Assembly: GCA_050012475.1 (NCBI GenBank)
Contig: JBEKHC010000051.1
Location: forward strand, 1 to 35,094
DNA from: Candidatus Velthaea sp.
GTDB taxonomy: Bacteria; Vulcanimicrobiota; Vulcanimicrobiia; Vulcanimicrobiales; Vulcanimicrobiaceae
Reading direction: 5' to 3'
Length of the DNA stretch: 35,094 bases
Part shown: piece by piece, positions 27,101 through 35,094 of the stretch
How positions within the stretch are numbered: position 1 is the stretch's first letter
Layout: each line of letters begins with the position of its first letter
Notes under the pieces: generated by a model
Seen by the model: only the letters and a program-made list of their open reading frames with translations
Databases searched by the model: none
What the model was told of the DNA's origin: nothing
Made by a program: the position numbers and the translations under genes

Positions 27101-29207
27101 CGCGCACCCGGCCGCCGCTCCCCCAGCGCCCCGCCGCCGTGACGTCGTGACCGGCGATGCGCACGTCGGCAGCATAGATGTCGATCGCCGGCAGCGCCAG
27201 ACCGAGCGTGGCGTCGGCGTGCTGCAAGGCGAGTCCGCGGATGTTCGCACCGCCGAAGCGCGCGTTCGCGATCTGAACGACGGTCGAGCGCCCGGCGTTG
27301 GTCAGCGCGAAGGGCACGTCGATGTCACCGCGCGCGCCGAACCGGCCGATGAACGGCGCAAGCTTGTCAAACGATGTAGTCAGCCGTCCGCGCGCGGCAA
27401 GCACTGCGCTCGTTCCATCGGCCTCGGCCCGGAGATCGCCCCACGAGCCGTAGCCGTGAACGGTGCCGCTCGCCGCGAGCAGCGCTGTATCCGACGCGAT
27501 CGCGGTGAACGACGCGTCCACTTTGGCGTCGAGATGCGGCGGGACGGCGGGCAGCACGAGACCAGGCAGCGTCACGGCCGGCGCCGGCAGCAGCCCGAAA
27601 CGCTGCACGTTGACGAGCGCCGCGATCTGATGCGAGGGTCCTTCGACGGCAGCGCGGGCATAGACCGTCGCGCCGTCGTGCCGCTGCAAGACGACCGGCC
27701 CGACCGTCCCGCTGCCGTCGGCAGCGAAGGAGAACGGCGCGTCGAGCCGATCCGATCCGTGCGCTCCGGCGAGATAGCCGCGGGCGGCGAGCCGCCCGTC
27801 GGCGCCGCCCGCGACCGCGACCGCGCGGAGCGGCAGGGCCGGCACGAGGTTCTCGACGTACGGCACGCTATTCGCGGGTGCGCGCAGCAGCGCGTAGCCG
27901 GCCGTCTGGGTGTGCTGCGCGAGCCGCAGCGACCCGCGGCCTGCGAGATCCAGCCGGCCATACCGCGCGGCGGCGGCGATGAGATCGAGCTCGTCGCCCG
28001 CGACGGCCGCAAATCCGTGCACGCCGTCGAGCCGATACGCGGCGTAGCTGACCTTCGGCGCATTGATCCGAGCGAAGATCAGCGGACTCGAGGCCGGGCC
28101 TTCGGCGAGCGCTTGAAGCGCGACCGCGCCGGCCAGCGGCAGCTTCGCACTGTCCTTCGACAACTCACGTATCCGGCCCAGATCACCGCGCGCCGTGAGC
28201 GCAAACGCGAGCTTGGGCGCGCCGAAATCGTAGAGCGCGCCGCCGGCATGCAGCGGAATGCCGTTGAGCGATGCGTCGAGCGACGGCACGGTCGCACCGT
28301 CGTCGTCAACCACGAACCAGCCGCGCGCGTCGCGGACGGGCTTGGTCAATGCGGTGGCCGCGATCCGACCGCCGGCAAGCTCGCCGCGCAAACCGAAATG
28401 CGACTGCATCGTGCCCGACGGCGTCGACAGCGCGCCCAGCGACAAGTCGAGGTTGCGCAGCTCGCCGGCCTGCACGACGATGGCATGCGTCGACAAGGCG
28501 AAATTTGCCAGCGTCGCCAGCGGCAGCCGGGCTGCCGTCCAGTGCTGGACTTCGAGCCCGCGCGGATCGTCGAACCGGCCGCGCCCGGCGATCGGATAGC
28601 GTTGCGGGCCGTCCTCGAGGATCGCGCCGGCGTGATACGACGACGCGGCGGCCGGCGAAACGACCCCGGCGGCATGCACCGCGGAGAGACGCGCCCGGCG
28701 CTCGCGGGGCGCAGTCACGAAGCGATCGATCAGATCGACGGTGCCGTCGGCGACGCGCAAGCGCACATCGAGCGGCGGCGGGTTTTGCGCCGGCGCGTTC
28801 GCCGGCCCCGGCGGAACCGTAATGTTGTAACTGCCGTCGACATGATGGATGACCGTAACGTGCGGCGCTTCGATGTCGACGGCGGTCAAGCCGAACAGCC
28901 GTTTCCCGCCCGGCAGCAGGTCACGCAGCGAATAGCCGATAGCGATGCTACGTGCCTCGAGGACCGGTTCGCCTGCGGCATTGCGAATCCGAACGTCGCG
29001 CGCGATGACTTGCGCTGCGCCGACGGCGAGATTGCCGGCCGCGACGTCGTAGCCGAATCCGCGGGCCGCGGAACGGACGATCCCCAGCGCCGCCGCATTG
29101 CGGAATACAAGGGCCCCGGCGACGGCCACGCCGACGACGAGCAGGACCGCGAGTGCCAGGTAGGCCGGCAGGGGTCGTTTGGCTTGGCCTGCCGCTCCGT
29201 TTTGCAT
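24162..29207 (-). CDS. tamB: Translocation and assembly module TamB / AsmA-like protein (DUF490 C-terminus)
   Basis: 1681 aa with an N-terminal anchor and repeated G-x-L/I-x-x-P-x-L-x-G beta-taco units. DUF490-like end (LAFSSQPSYTQEQILGLL) and a terminal aromatic strand (FSYQRRYW). Confidence 0.85.
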   Translation of the reverse strand: MQNGAAGQAKRPLPAYLALAVLLVVGVAVAGALVFRNAAALGIVRSAARGFGYDVAAGNLAVGAAQVIARDVRIRNAAGEPVLEARSIAIGYSLRDLLPGGKRLFGLTAVDIEAPHVTVIHHVDGSYNITVPPGPANAPAQNPPPLDVRLRVADGTVDLIDRFVTAPRERRARLSAVHAAGVVSPAAASSYHAGAILEDGPQRYPIAGRGRFDDPRGLEVQHWTAARLPLATLANFALSTHAIVVQAGELRNLDLSLGALSTPSGTMQSHFGLRGELAGGRIAATALTKPVRDARGWFVVDDDGATVPSLDASLNGIPLHAGGALYDFGAPKLAFALTARGDLGRIRELSKDSAKLPLAGAVALQALAEGPASSPLIFARINAPKVSYAAYRLDGVHGFAAVAGDELDLIAAAARYGRLDLAGRGSLRLAQHTQTAGYALLRAPANSVPYVENLVPALPLRAVAVAGGADGRLAARGYLAGAHGSDRLDAPFSFAADGSGTVGPVVLQRHDGATVYARAAVEGPSHQIAALVNVQRFGLLPAPAVTLPGLVLPAVPPHLDAKVDASFTAIASDTALLAASGTVHGYGSWGDLRAEADGTSAVLAARGRLTTSFDKLAPFIGRFGARGDIDVPFALTNAGRSTVVQIANARFGGANIRGLALQHADATLGLALPAIDIYAADVRIAGHDVTAAGRWGSGGRVRVTAGQFDLAALRAVGVPIAGGRASVIADIAGTAAKPTATVLAALSGARYADADLGGDVGLAYDGAAVRIRRATLTFAGAYANATGVVAGLTPGHIAPRYAIRAQLADADIAALARTVKNPLRYPEGTLDADLRVGGAGATPSIVGDIRVPEGSLNGLNFRAGHLGIKATAVAVSAGNGRLTVGSTTLDFGGSVSRTHQSLMLRADRLDLSDFNDYFDEAEVLAGTGSLALAFDGAPRALNTSANLTLRDARYRRFELGTLSARVDTVGRTVRVGAALLGTNGRFAAVGDIRVPASAPLRDIVHRSDLDVRAQIAGLDLGNVLPAAGLSAPVFGFVDGSAVVRGRYPALTLTTHAALTKGVVGRVPIERFSVAATAANGRGRITDATLVASGLTANISGTFGLRPADAFDLNARAASPDINELITAVTGKSPGVKGTFATRAQLTGTAAVPHVAGSVDVHDVTYNSVTVPAVHADFAANRQAADVRNGTITLPRGGSIAFDGHAPFGNGTSTPIALDFAPHRVDANPYSALLPDGSVIDGLFDGNLAVRGTIAAPSLNGNLAFTDGSFRSNSFKNALTNITLALDFSGTTVRIAKLHARAAPGNIDGSGRLTLRDLHDPIRGLTANAKVTVANAYIAAPKYYTGYVDGTISARKRAAAPLTIGGQLNFANARIPYTALLPGGGSSPTAAPALPNVAFNLGVNVGRDVRIQSGPVDIGTTGTARLGGNLAKPTLDGQFTATDGTVSLYRTFTVQSGSTVSFTPADGITPTVDATAVTNIPDPPTDVLLRVTGPSTHLQLAFSSQPSYTQEQILGLLVNAQALGAVAGVAQTGNSASSGPSIAGIGEGLLNTQLTQKFLQPFSSALGGALGLSDLNLNYNMNGAVSASARRRIGKNVSFIYGEQIGGPTPQTSFGINVGTDVSGGQLTFYQAAGSSQAFGGQALTPYLQSGFLATTPPNYTLQAIAPPNGSGFVFSYQRRYW

Positions 29208-29287
29208 GGTGGGTCTTCTGCCCCCTCAGCGCAGCGCGAAAACGACGCGCGGCCCGACGGCGGTCCGAGACGCCGGCGCGGCTCCGG

Positions 29288-29710
29288 CTAACCGGCGAAT
29301 TTCGATAGGATGCCCTTAAGGAAGTCGGGAGCAAACTGCTGCACGGCTTGCGGGTTGTTTTTGATGAAATCGATTGCCGCGTCTTTGAGCGCAGCCGGAT
29401 TCTGCTGCGCATGCGAAATCAGCGCGGTCACCGCGTCTTGATCGCCCGCCTGCGCGTCAGCGGTCGACACGCCGGCGTTGTTGGCAACGGCCGCCGCGTT
29501 TTGACCCTGACTGGTCAGTGCGCCGAGAATAGACGTCGCCAGCTGCCCCAGCTGACCGGCGTTGAGATTCTGAGCGCTATCGCTGAGATGTCCGGCCAAC
29601 TGGTCGGCGTCCATGCCGCCGATATGGTCGGCGGCAGCCGACTGCACCTGCGACGGCGGCGCGCTGGTGAACTGCGACAAAAGTCCGCCAATGTTATTCA
29701 AAAACGACAT
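29288..29710 (-). CDS. Hypothetical helical protein (loosely DUF937/YidB-like)
   Basis: GGAGGAG RBS before the ATG at 29710 and an MSFLNNIGGLL start. Ala/Gln-rich helical composition. Confidence 0.75.
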   Translation of the reverse strand: MSFLNNIGGLLSQFTSAPPSQVQSAAADHIGGMDADQLAGHLSDSAQNLNAGQLGQLATSILGALTSQGQNAAAVANNAGVSTADAQAGDQDAVTALISHAQQNPAALKDAAIDFIKNNPQAVQQFAPDFLKGILSKFAG

Positions 29711-29790
29711 GAAACTCCTCCGAAGAAAGGCTCTATGAAAGGTCGAGATCGAACCAGCCGCACGCATCCCTAATCTCATAGGAGCCTTCG

Positions 29791-30378
29791 ATGAAACGCC
29801 TTGCAGCCGCGCTTTTGGGCATAGCAGTTATCACTCTTCATCCCGTAGCAGTCCCTGCGCAAACAACGGTTTTGGCACACAAAGGTGCTCAACTGGACGG
29901 TACGCTCAACGATACGTTAGACTCCGGCAAAGATCAAAGCGGGAAAACCTTCACCCTCACCGAGCACGAGGGAATTTTCGTCAAAAACCCGGCCCTCAAG
30001 GGCGCGACGATCGACGGGCACATCGAGAACGTCAGCGCCGCCGACGGTTTGAAAATGCACAAAGCCTCGATGAGCATCGTGATCGACGATATCAAGATGC
30101 CCGACGGCAGCGTCATCACCCCGGTCGCGATCGGGGTCAAGTCGCTCAAGGAGCTCGAACCGAAGACGCACCACCTCCGCGACAGCGCGGTCATCGTCGG
30201 AAGCGCCGTGGCCGGTCATGTCGTCTCCGATAAGACCGGGCACAAAGGCGGCACCCTCGCCGGTGCGGCGACCGGATTCGCCCTGGTCAATACGATGAAG
30301 AGCAATATCGTCCTCAAACGCGGCACGCTCATCCGCCTGCGCGTCAACCAGGACATCGTCCCGAGCACGCCCAGCTAA
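29791..30378 (+). CDS. Secreted protein with VirB10/TrbI-like beta domain and glycine-zipper hairpin
   Basis: Signal peptide (VPA-Q) and AGGAG RBS. Sequence pattern GAQLDGTLNDTLDS...GATIDGHI...GSAVAG...GGTLAGAATG...NIVLKRGTLIRLRV. Confidence 0.7.
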   Translation: MKRLAAALLGIAVITLHPVAVPAQTTVLAHKGAQLDGTLNDTLDSGKDQSGKTFTLTEHEGIFVKNPALKGATIDGHIENVSAADGLKMHKASMSIVIDDIKMPDGSVITPVAIGVKSLKELEPKTHHLRDSAVIVGSAVAGHVVSDKTGHKGGTLAGAATGFALVNTMKSNIVLKRGTLIRLRVNQDIVPSTPS

Positions 30379-30520
30379 GGGCAGGACCCGGGTGCGCCGG
30401 GCCCGTGGCGTTTGGCGCTTCCCGTCAAGCCGCGGCGTTCGGCGCTTGGCGCGATCGCTTCCCGGGGTACCCGGCAAAACCTCGCGACGCTCGGATTCCG
30501 AGCAAGCCTGAACGACGCTG

Positions 30521-30925
30521 CTAGGCGACTGCGGCGGTGCAGTATTTGCAGCGGCGTGCGCCGACGGGGATGTCGCTCAGACATTCGGGGCACGGCTTCG
30601 TTTTCAGCGCCGCTTCCGGTTCCGGCTTCTTGAAACGCGCGTTCATGGCGTTCACCGGAACGACGACGAAGAAGTAAATCGCAGCGGCTACCAAGATGAA
30701 CGCCACAAGCGCGTTGATGAAATCACCGACGGCGAACTTACTATTATTTATGGTGAAGGCGATCGCCGAGAAGTCCGGTTTACCGATGATTGCAGCAATC
30801 AGCGGCGTGATGAGATCTTTCACCAGTGCCGTAACAATCGCACCGAAGGCGCCGCCGATAACGACCGCGACGGCCAAATCGACGACGTTGCCGCGCATGA
30901 GAAACTGTCCAAAACCCTTTAGCAT
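30521..30925 (-). CDS. mscL: Large-conductance mechanosensitive channel with C-terminal Cys4 tail
   Basis: FLMRGNVVDLAVAVVIGGAFGAIVTALVKDLITPLI and GDFINAL...AAAIYFFVV, followed by the tail CPEC...CKYC. Confidence 0.96.
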   Translation of the reverse strand: MLKGFGQFLMRGNVVDLAVAVVIGGAFGAIVTALVKDLITPLIAAIIGKPDFSAIAFTINNSKFAVGDFINALVAFILVAAAIYFFVVVPVNAMNARFKKPEPEAALKTKPCPECLSDIPVGARRCKYCTAAVA

Positions 30926-31214
30926 CAAAAACTCCTTGAATGCACAGCCTCTAAAGGTCGCTGCGCAAGCTTATTTCCCTGCTTTGCGCGCGGATGCAGC
31001 AAACACTTGAATCGAGAGGAGGGAAGCAGTAGGGACGTTTGTAGCATGGTGGGACGCGCGGCGCTGCAGGATCGGGCGTACATACCGTCGGCGCCGCATT
31101 CGCCGCACCGAAGTGCGACCGAACTCACTACCGCCAAACTATCGAATACGTCGGATTTCATTCCCTAGCGCGCAGAAGAAAGGGTACCGTCGCGGAGAGG
31201 ACCAACTTCCCCGC

Positions 31215-31934
31215 ATGCCGCGACTGCCCGTGCCGCAAGCTATTGCGACGCTTCTCTTCACTCTTGCATTTGCCGCTGCGCCGGCGTGCGCGCAAGAGCG
31301 ACCGCTCAATCCGGTCAAGACGTATGCCAACGTCCTGCGGGTTTTCAATCCCGATCTTCCGGATTGGCAGCGTCAGAAGTACGCCGCGTCGCTGCTTGCC
31401 AACGCGCAGCGCACGCGCATCGATCCGCGCTTCATCATGGCGATCGTAACGGTCGAATCATCATGGCATTCGAATGCCGTGTCGCGCTCGGGCGCGCGCG
31501 GCTTGGGGCAACTCATGCCGGGCACCGCCGCTGCGCTGGCCGTCAATGCGCGCGACGCGTCCGACAACTTGCGCGGTACGTCGATCTACTTGCGCGCGCT
31601 GCTGGATCGGTTCCACGGCCAGCAGCATTGGTTCGAGAAAGCGATTGCCGGCTACAACGCCGGACCGCACGCGGTCATCCGATACGGCGGCGTCCCGCCA
31701 TATGCAGAGACGCAGCGCTATGTCGTTCGCGTGATGCGCGTCTACCGCCAGCTCTACGGAAGCGTCGCGATCGCGCCGGAACCCGCCGCAGATCGGATCG
31801 TGACGACGCGCCGCGCAGCGGAGAACTCCAGCGGCGCGGCATTCGAGACCGCGCTGGACACGGGAACCGCCGTTCCAATCCTGGCCGACGCCTACGCGGT
31901 CGTCCCGATCCCAGCATACAAAAGCAGCTTCTAA
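31215..31934 (+). CDS. Lytic transglycosylase (SLT domain), secreted
   Basis: Signal peptide, then AIVTVES (catalytic Glu), AVSRSGARGLGQLMPGTA, AIAGYNAGP and GGVPPYAETQRYV. Confidence 0.92.
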   Translation: MPRLPVPQAIATLLFTLAFAAAPACAQERPLNPVKTYANVLRVFNPDLPDWQRQKYAASLLANAQRTRIDPRFIMAIVTVESSWHSNAVSRSGARGLGQLMPGTAAALAVNARDASDNLRGTSIYLRALLDRFHGQQHWFEKAIAGYNAGPHAVIRYGGVPPYAETQRYVVRVMRVYRQLYGSVAIAPEPAADRIVTTRRAAENSSGAAFETALDTGTAVPILADAYAVVPIPAYKSSF

Positions 31935-31977
31935 CTTCGGCGCCGCGGCTCGGCCCGCAGGGCCGAACGCCACGGGT

Positions 31978-33210
31978 TCAGCGCAGCTGAACCCTGCTGC
32001 TGCTGCTACCGCTGCCGCGGCTTCGCGCCGGCGCGCGTACGGCGACGCTGCGGTACACGTCGAACGTCTCACCTGCGATCCGCGTCCAGCCGTAGCGCGC
32101 CGACGTGCGCTCGACGCCGAACCGGGCGAATCGTTCGCGCCGCGCCGCATCGGCTTTGAGCGCGTCGATGGCATAGGCAAGTTGACGCGCGGACTGCGGC
32201 GGAACGTGCATTCCGCTGATCCCATCGGCGACCGCGTCGACATGGCTGCCGACAGCCGACACGATGACGGGCACACCGCATGCCATCGCCTCGAGCGCGA
32301 CCGTGCCGATCGAATCGTACCAAGGTGCACAAACCACCGCGTCGGCCGATTGCAAAAACGCCGCGACGCGCTCGCGTCTGATCTGGCCGTGAAAATGCAC
32401 GCGCCCCGCGACTCCCCGCGCCGCTGCGAGCCCGCGTAAGGCGTGGGCATCGGGATCGCTGAAGACGTCATCGGTCCCGCAGCGGCCGCCGCCGACCGCG
32501 AGTTCGACGCCCTCGACATACTGCAGTGCCTCGATGACGTCGCCGACGCCCGCATCGGGAACCAGCCGGCTCAGCGTTGCGATGCGAAAAGCTCCGGCGG
32601 CCCGGCGCGCAGGGCGCGCAGCGGGAACGAACGCTTCGAGATCGACACCGCACGGGATCAGCTTGACGGCGCCCGGACTCGCGCCCATGCCGAGCAGCGC
32701 GAAGACCTCGGCGCTCGACGTTGCGATCAGCCGTGCCGCGGAGCGGACCAGCGCGGCTTCTTCGTCGGAGCGCTGCACCGCCGGATCGCCGGCGTCGGCG
32801 CGGCCGCGCTTGGCCCGAGCCAAGCCGTGAAACGTCTGCACCACCGGGATACCGAACGGACGCGCTGCGGCAACCGCCGCTTTTCCCGATATCCAGGAAT
32901 GCGCGTGAACGACGTCGGGCCGGTCCGCCGCCCACTCCTCGGCCAGACGCACCGCGAACGGCTCGTTTGCGGGCGGCGGCAGGCTCGCGCAAGCCGGCTC
33001 GGCCGCGAGATGATCGATGTGCACGCCGGATTTCGTGACGAGGCAGCCCGGCAGCAACGGGTTATCGCTTTGGCTGAAAATCTGCACGTCGTGTCCGGCA
33101 ACCGAAAGCGCGCGTGACAGGCAGTCGACGACGACGCTTTGTCCGCCGCTCTCATCGCCGCCGAGGCACGCGAGCGGACCGGCATTCATGGACACCATGG
33201 CGATTTTCAC
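31978..33210 (-). CDS. GT4 (GT-B) glycosyltransferase, MshA-like subfamily, divergent active site
   Basis: PLACLGGDESGGQ, PDVVHAHSWISG, VQTFHGL, IPCGVD, VALEAMACGVPVI and DGISGMHVPP. Confidence 0.9.
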   Translation of the reverse strand: MKIAMVSMNAGPLACLGGDESGGQSVVVDCLSRALSVAGHDVQIFSQSDNPLLPGCLVTKSGVHIDHLAAEPACASLPPPANEPFAVRLAEEWAADRPDVVHAHSWISGKAAVAAARPFGIPVVQTFHGLARAKRGRADAGDPAVQRSDEEAALVRSAARLIATSSAEVFALLGMGASPGAVKLIPCGVDLEAFVPAARPARRAAGAFRIATLSRLVPDAGVGDVIEALQYVEGVELAVGGGRCGTDDVFSDPDAHALRGLAAARGVAGRVHFHGQIRRERVAAFLQSADAVVCAPWYDSIGTVALEAMACGVPVIVSAVGSHVDAVADGISGMHVPPQSARQLAYAIDALKADAARRERFARFGVERTSARYGWTRIAGETFDVYRSVAVRAPARSRGSGSSSSRVQLR

Positions 33211-33355
33211 GTTTGGCCTCCGCGCGAGACTGCACCCACCAGTCTGTCAGTTAGGGGAACTGATTCCCGGCAGATAAAATACCCGCGAAAGTTTTATTCA
33301 CGCCGCTTGTCGACTCCGCTTTCGAGGACGCACGTCCCAGTAGCTGTGCGCTCGC

Positions 33356-34312
33356 TCAAGGACTCGCGGACGGCGAAGGAACGGCCGACGGCAAGGCAGG
33401 CGCCGGCGCCGCGCTCGCGGTTGCTTTCGAACTCGGTGAAAGCGACGGCGAAGGCGACGGTGACGGGGCCGGCGCGACGGCGTACAACGCGAAGACGACC
33501 GGACGGTTTGCACGCAAAGTCAAGTTTTCGGGCGTTGCGAGAAACGCGATATGCTCCGGCGGCAAAGCTGCGCTGCCGACACCCATGCCGATCGGCGGCG
33601 GGGTGAACGCTTGCGCACCGTTGGACATCCCGAACGGCGTAGGCATGGGCGTCGGAACCGGGGTCGCGCTCGGGAGCGACTGCGGACCAGGGCTGCTCAG
33701 ATCGCGCTCGGCAACGGCCAACCGATAGGTTTTGTCCTTGCGTTCGGGATCGTACAAGGCCAACGCGAAAACGTCGTCGCGATGCTTTGCGATGACGTCG
33801 CGCGGCACGTCGACGGCGATCTTGGGATATTGGGCAAACGCAATATCCGACGGCGCGAGCAAACTGATGAAGAACAGCGCGGTCGGCGCGCCCGCATCGT
33901 GTTTGGAATGACGTTTGGAACCCGCACTGAAATGCGGCGCGTCAGAAGGCTCGACGACGCTGGCCGTCACCCCGATCGACGCCGAGTTTCCGCCGCCCGC
34001 GTCGGCCGCGGCCGAGCTGGCCTTCGGATTCGGGGACGCCGACGGTGCCGCCGACGGTTTGGCAAACGCGATCGACCCGCCCCACCCGGCCACCGTCGGC
34101 AACGCTTGCGTGGCCGGGTTGGCGCCGACGGTGGCAACGTTGGAAGCCGACGACGGCGTCGGCGTCGCCGCTACCCCCGTGGCAAGACCTTGAGGGTTGG
34201 TTCCGTTCTGCAGCGTGCCCGGCAGCGTGCTCTGACCGCCGCCGATATTGCCCGAACAAGCTGCCAGAGCCGCACAACCGAGAAGCGGCCAAAAGACGCG
34301 TGCAAAGATCAT
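33356..34312 (-). CDS. Pro/Ser/Ala-rich lipoprotein, hypothetical
   Basis: Lipobox LAA-C, with (PS)n/(PT)n linkers around a globular core (FFISLL...FALALYDP). Confidence 0.75.
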   Translation of the reverse strand: MIFARVFWPLLGCAALAACSGNIGGGQSTLPGTLQNGTNPQGLATGVAATPTPSSASNVATVGANPATQALPTVAGWGGSIAFAKPSAAPSASPNPKASSAAADAGGGNSASIGVTASVVEPSDAPHFSAGSKRHSKHDAGAPTALFFISLLAPSDIAFAQYPKIAVDVPRDVIAKHRDDVFALALYDPERKDKTYRLAVAERDLSSPGPQSLPSATPVPTPMPTPFGMSNGAQAFTPPPIGMGVGSAALPPEHIAFLATPENLTLRANRPVVFALYAVAPAPSPSPSPSLSPSSKATASAAPAPALPSAVPSPSASP

Positions 34313-34454
34313 CGCAGATCGGCTTTGCCGACCAATGCCGATCTCCTCGACACTTGGCCGCGCTTTAACGTGCGCCCAACCGAAGCGTGACGTTCGTTGC
34401 TTTCCTCATTACATTCGCAGACTCGGCGCGAAGCGCCGAACGCAACGGGTTCGG

Positions 34455-35094
<640 letters not shown>

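Noticed and set aside
26043..29291. 1082-aa ORF on the + strand
   Set aside because: It is the antisense shadow of tamB: Arg/Gly-rich with no motifs, as expected from high-GC codon bias.
31994..32017. (CTG)n trinucleotide run
   Set aside because: It simply encodes the Ser/Gly tail of the glycosyltransferase and is too short to suggest phase variation.
6355..33284. GGGTA(C/T/G) SigB/SigF-like -10 motifs upstream of genes starting at 6318, 7534, 31215 and 33210
   Set aside because: There is no consistent -35 or spacing, and four hits of a 5-mer across about 30 upstream regions is close to chance.

Overview
High-GC bacterial chromosomal window with about 30 mostly unlinked metabolic, envelope and signalling genes. 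Both ends cut genes: a GGDEF-EAL gene on the left and thiC on the right. I found no rRNA, tRNA, CRISPR array, integrase or transposase. TamB and lipoproteins indicate a diderm host. The mix of actinobacteria-like enzymes and near-leaderless starts would fit Eremiobacterota, but that assignment is inference only. The best candidate for an undescribed system is a compact module at 9404-11621: soxR lies divergent from an SDR plus QueA-paralog operon, with a SoxR box inside a 19-bp-spacer MerR-type promoter. Other notable items are (1) a TIM-barrel isomerase/SDR/LctP-permease cassette flanked by gene remnants (Kelch and xanthine dehydrogenase C-terminus), (2) an MDR oxidoreductase with an in-frame deletion, (3) an XpaC-like gene behind a SigW-type promoter, (4) a NarL-family regulator lacking its phosphoacceptor Asp, (5) a GT4 glycosyltransferase with substituted donor-binding residues, and (6) an MscL with a Cys4 tail. 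All family calls come from motif recognition by eye; no database search was run.
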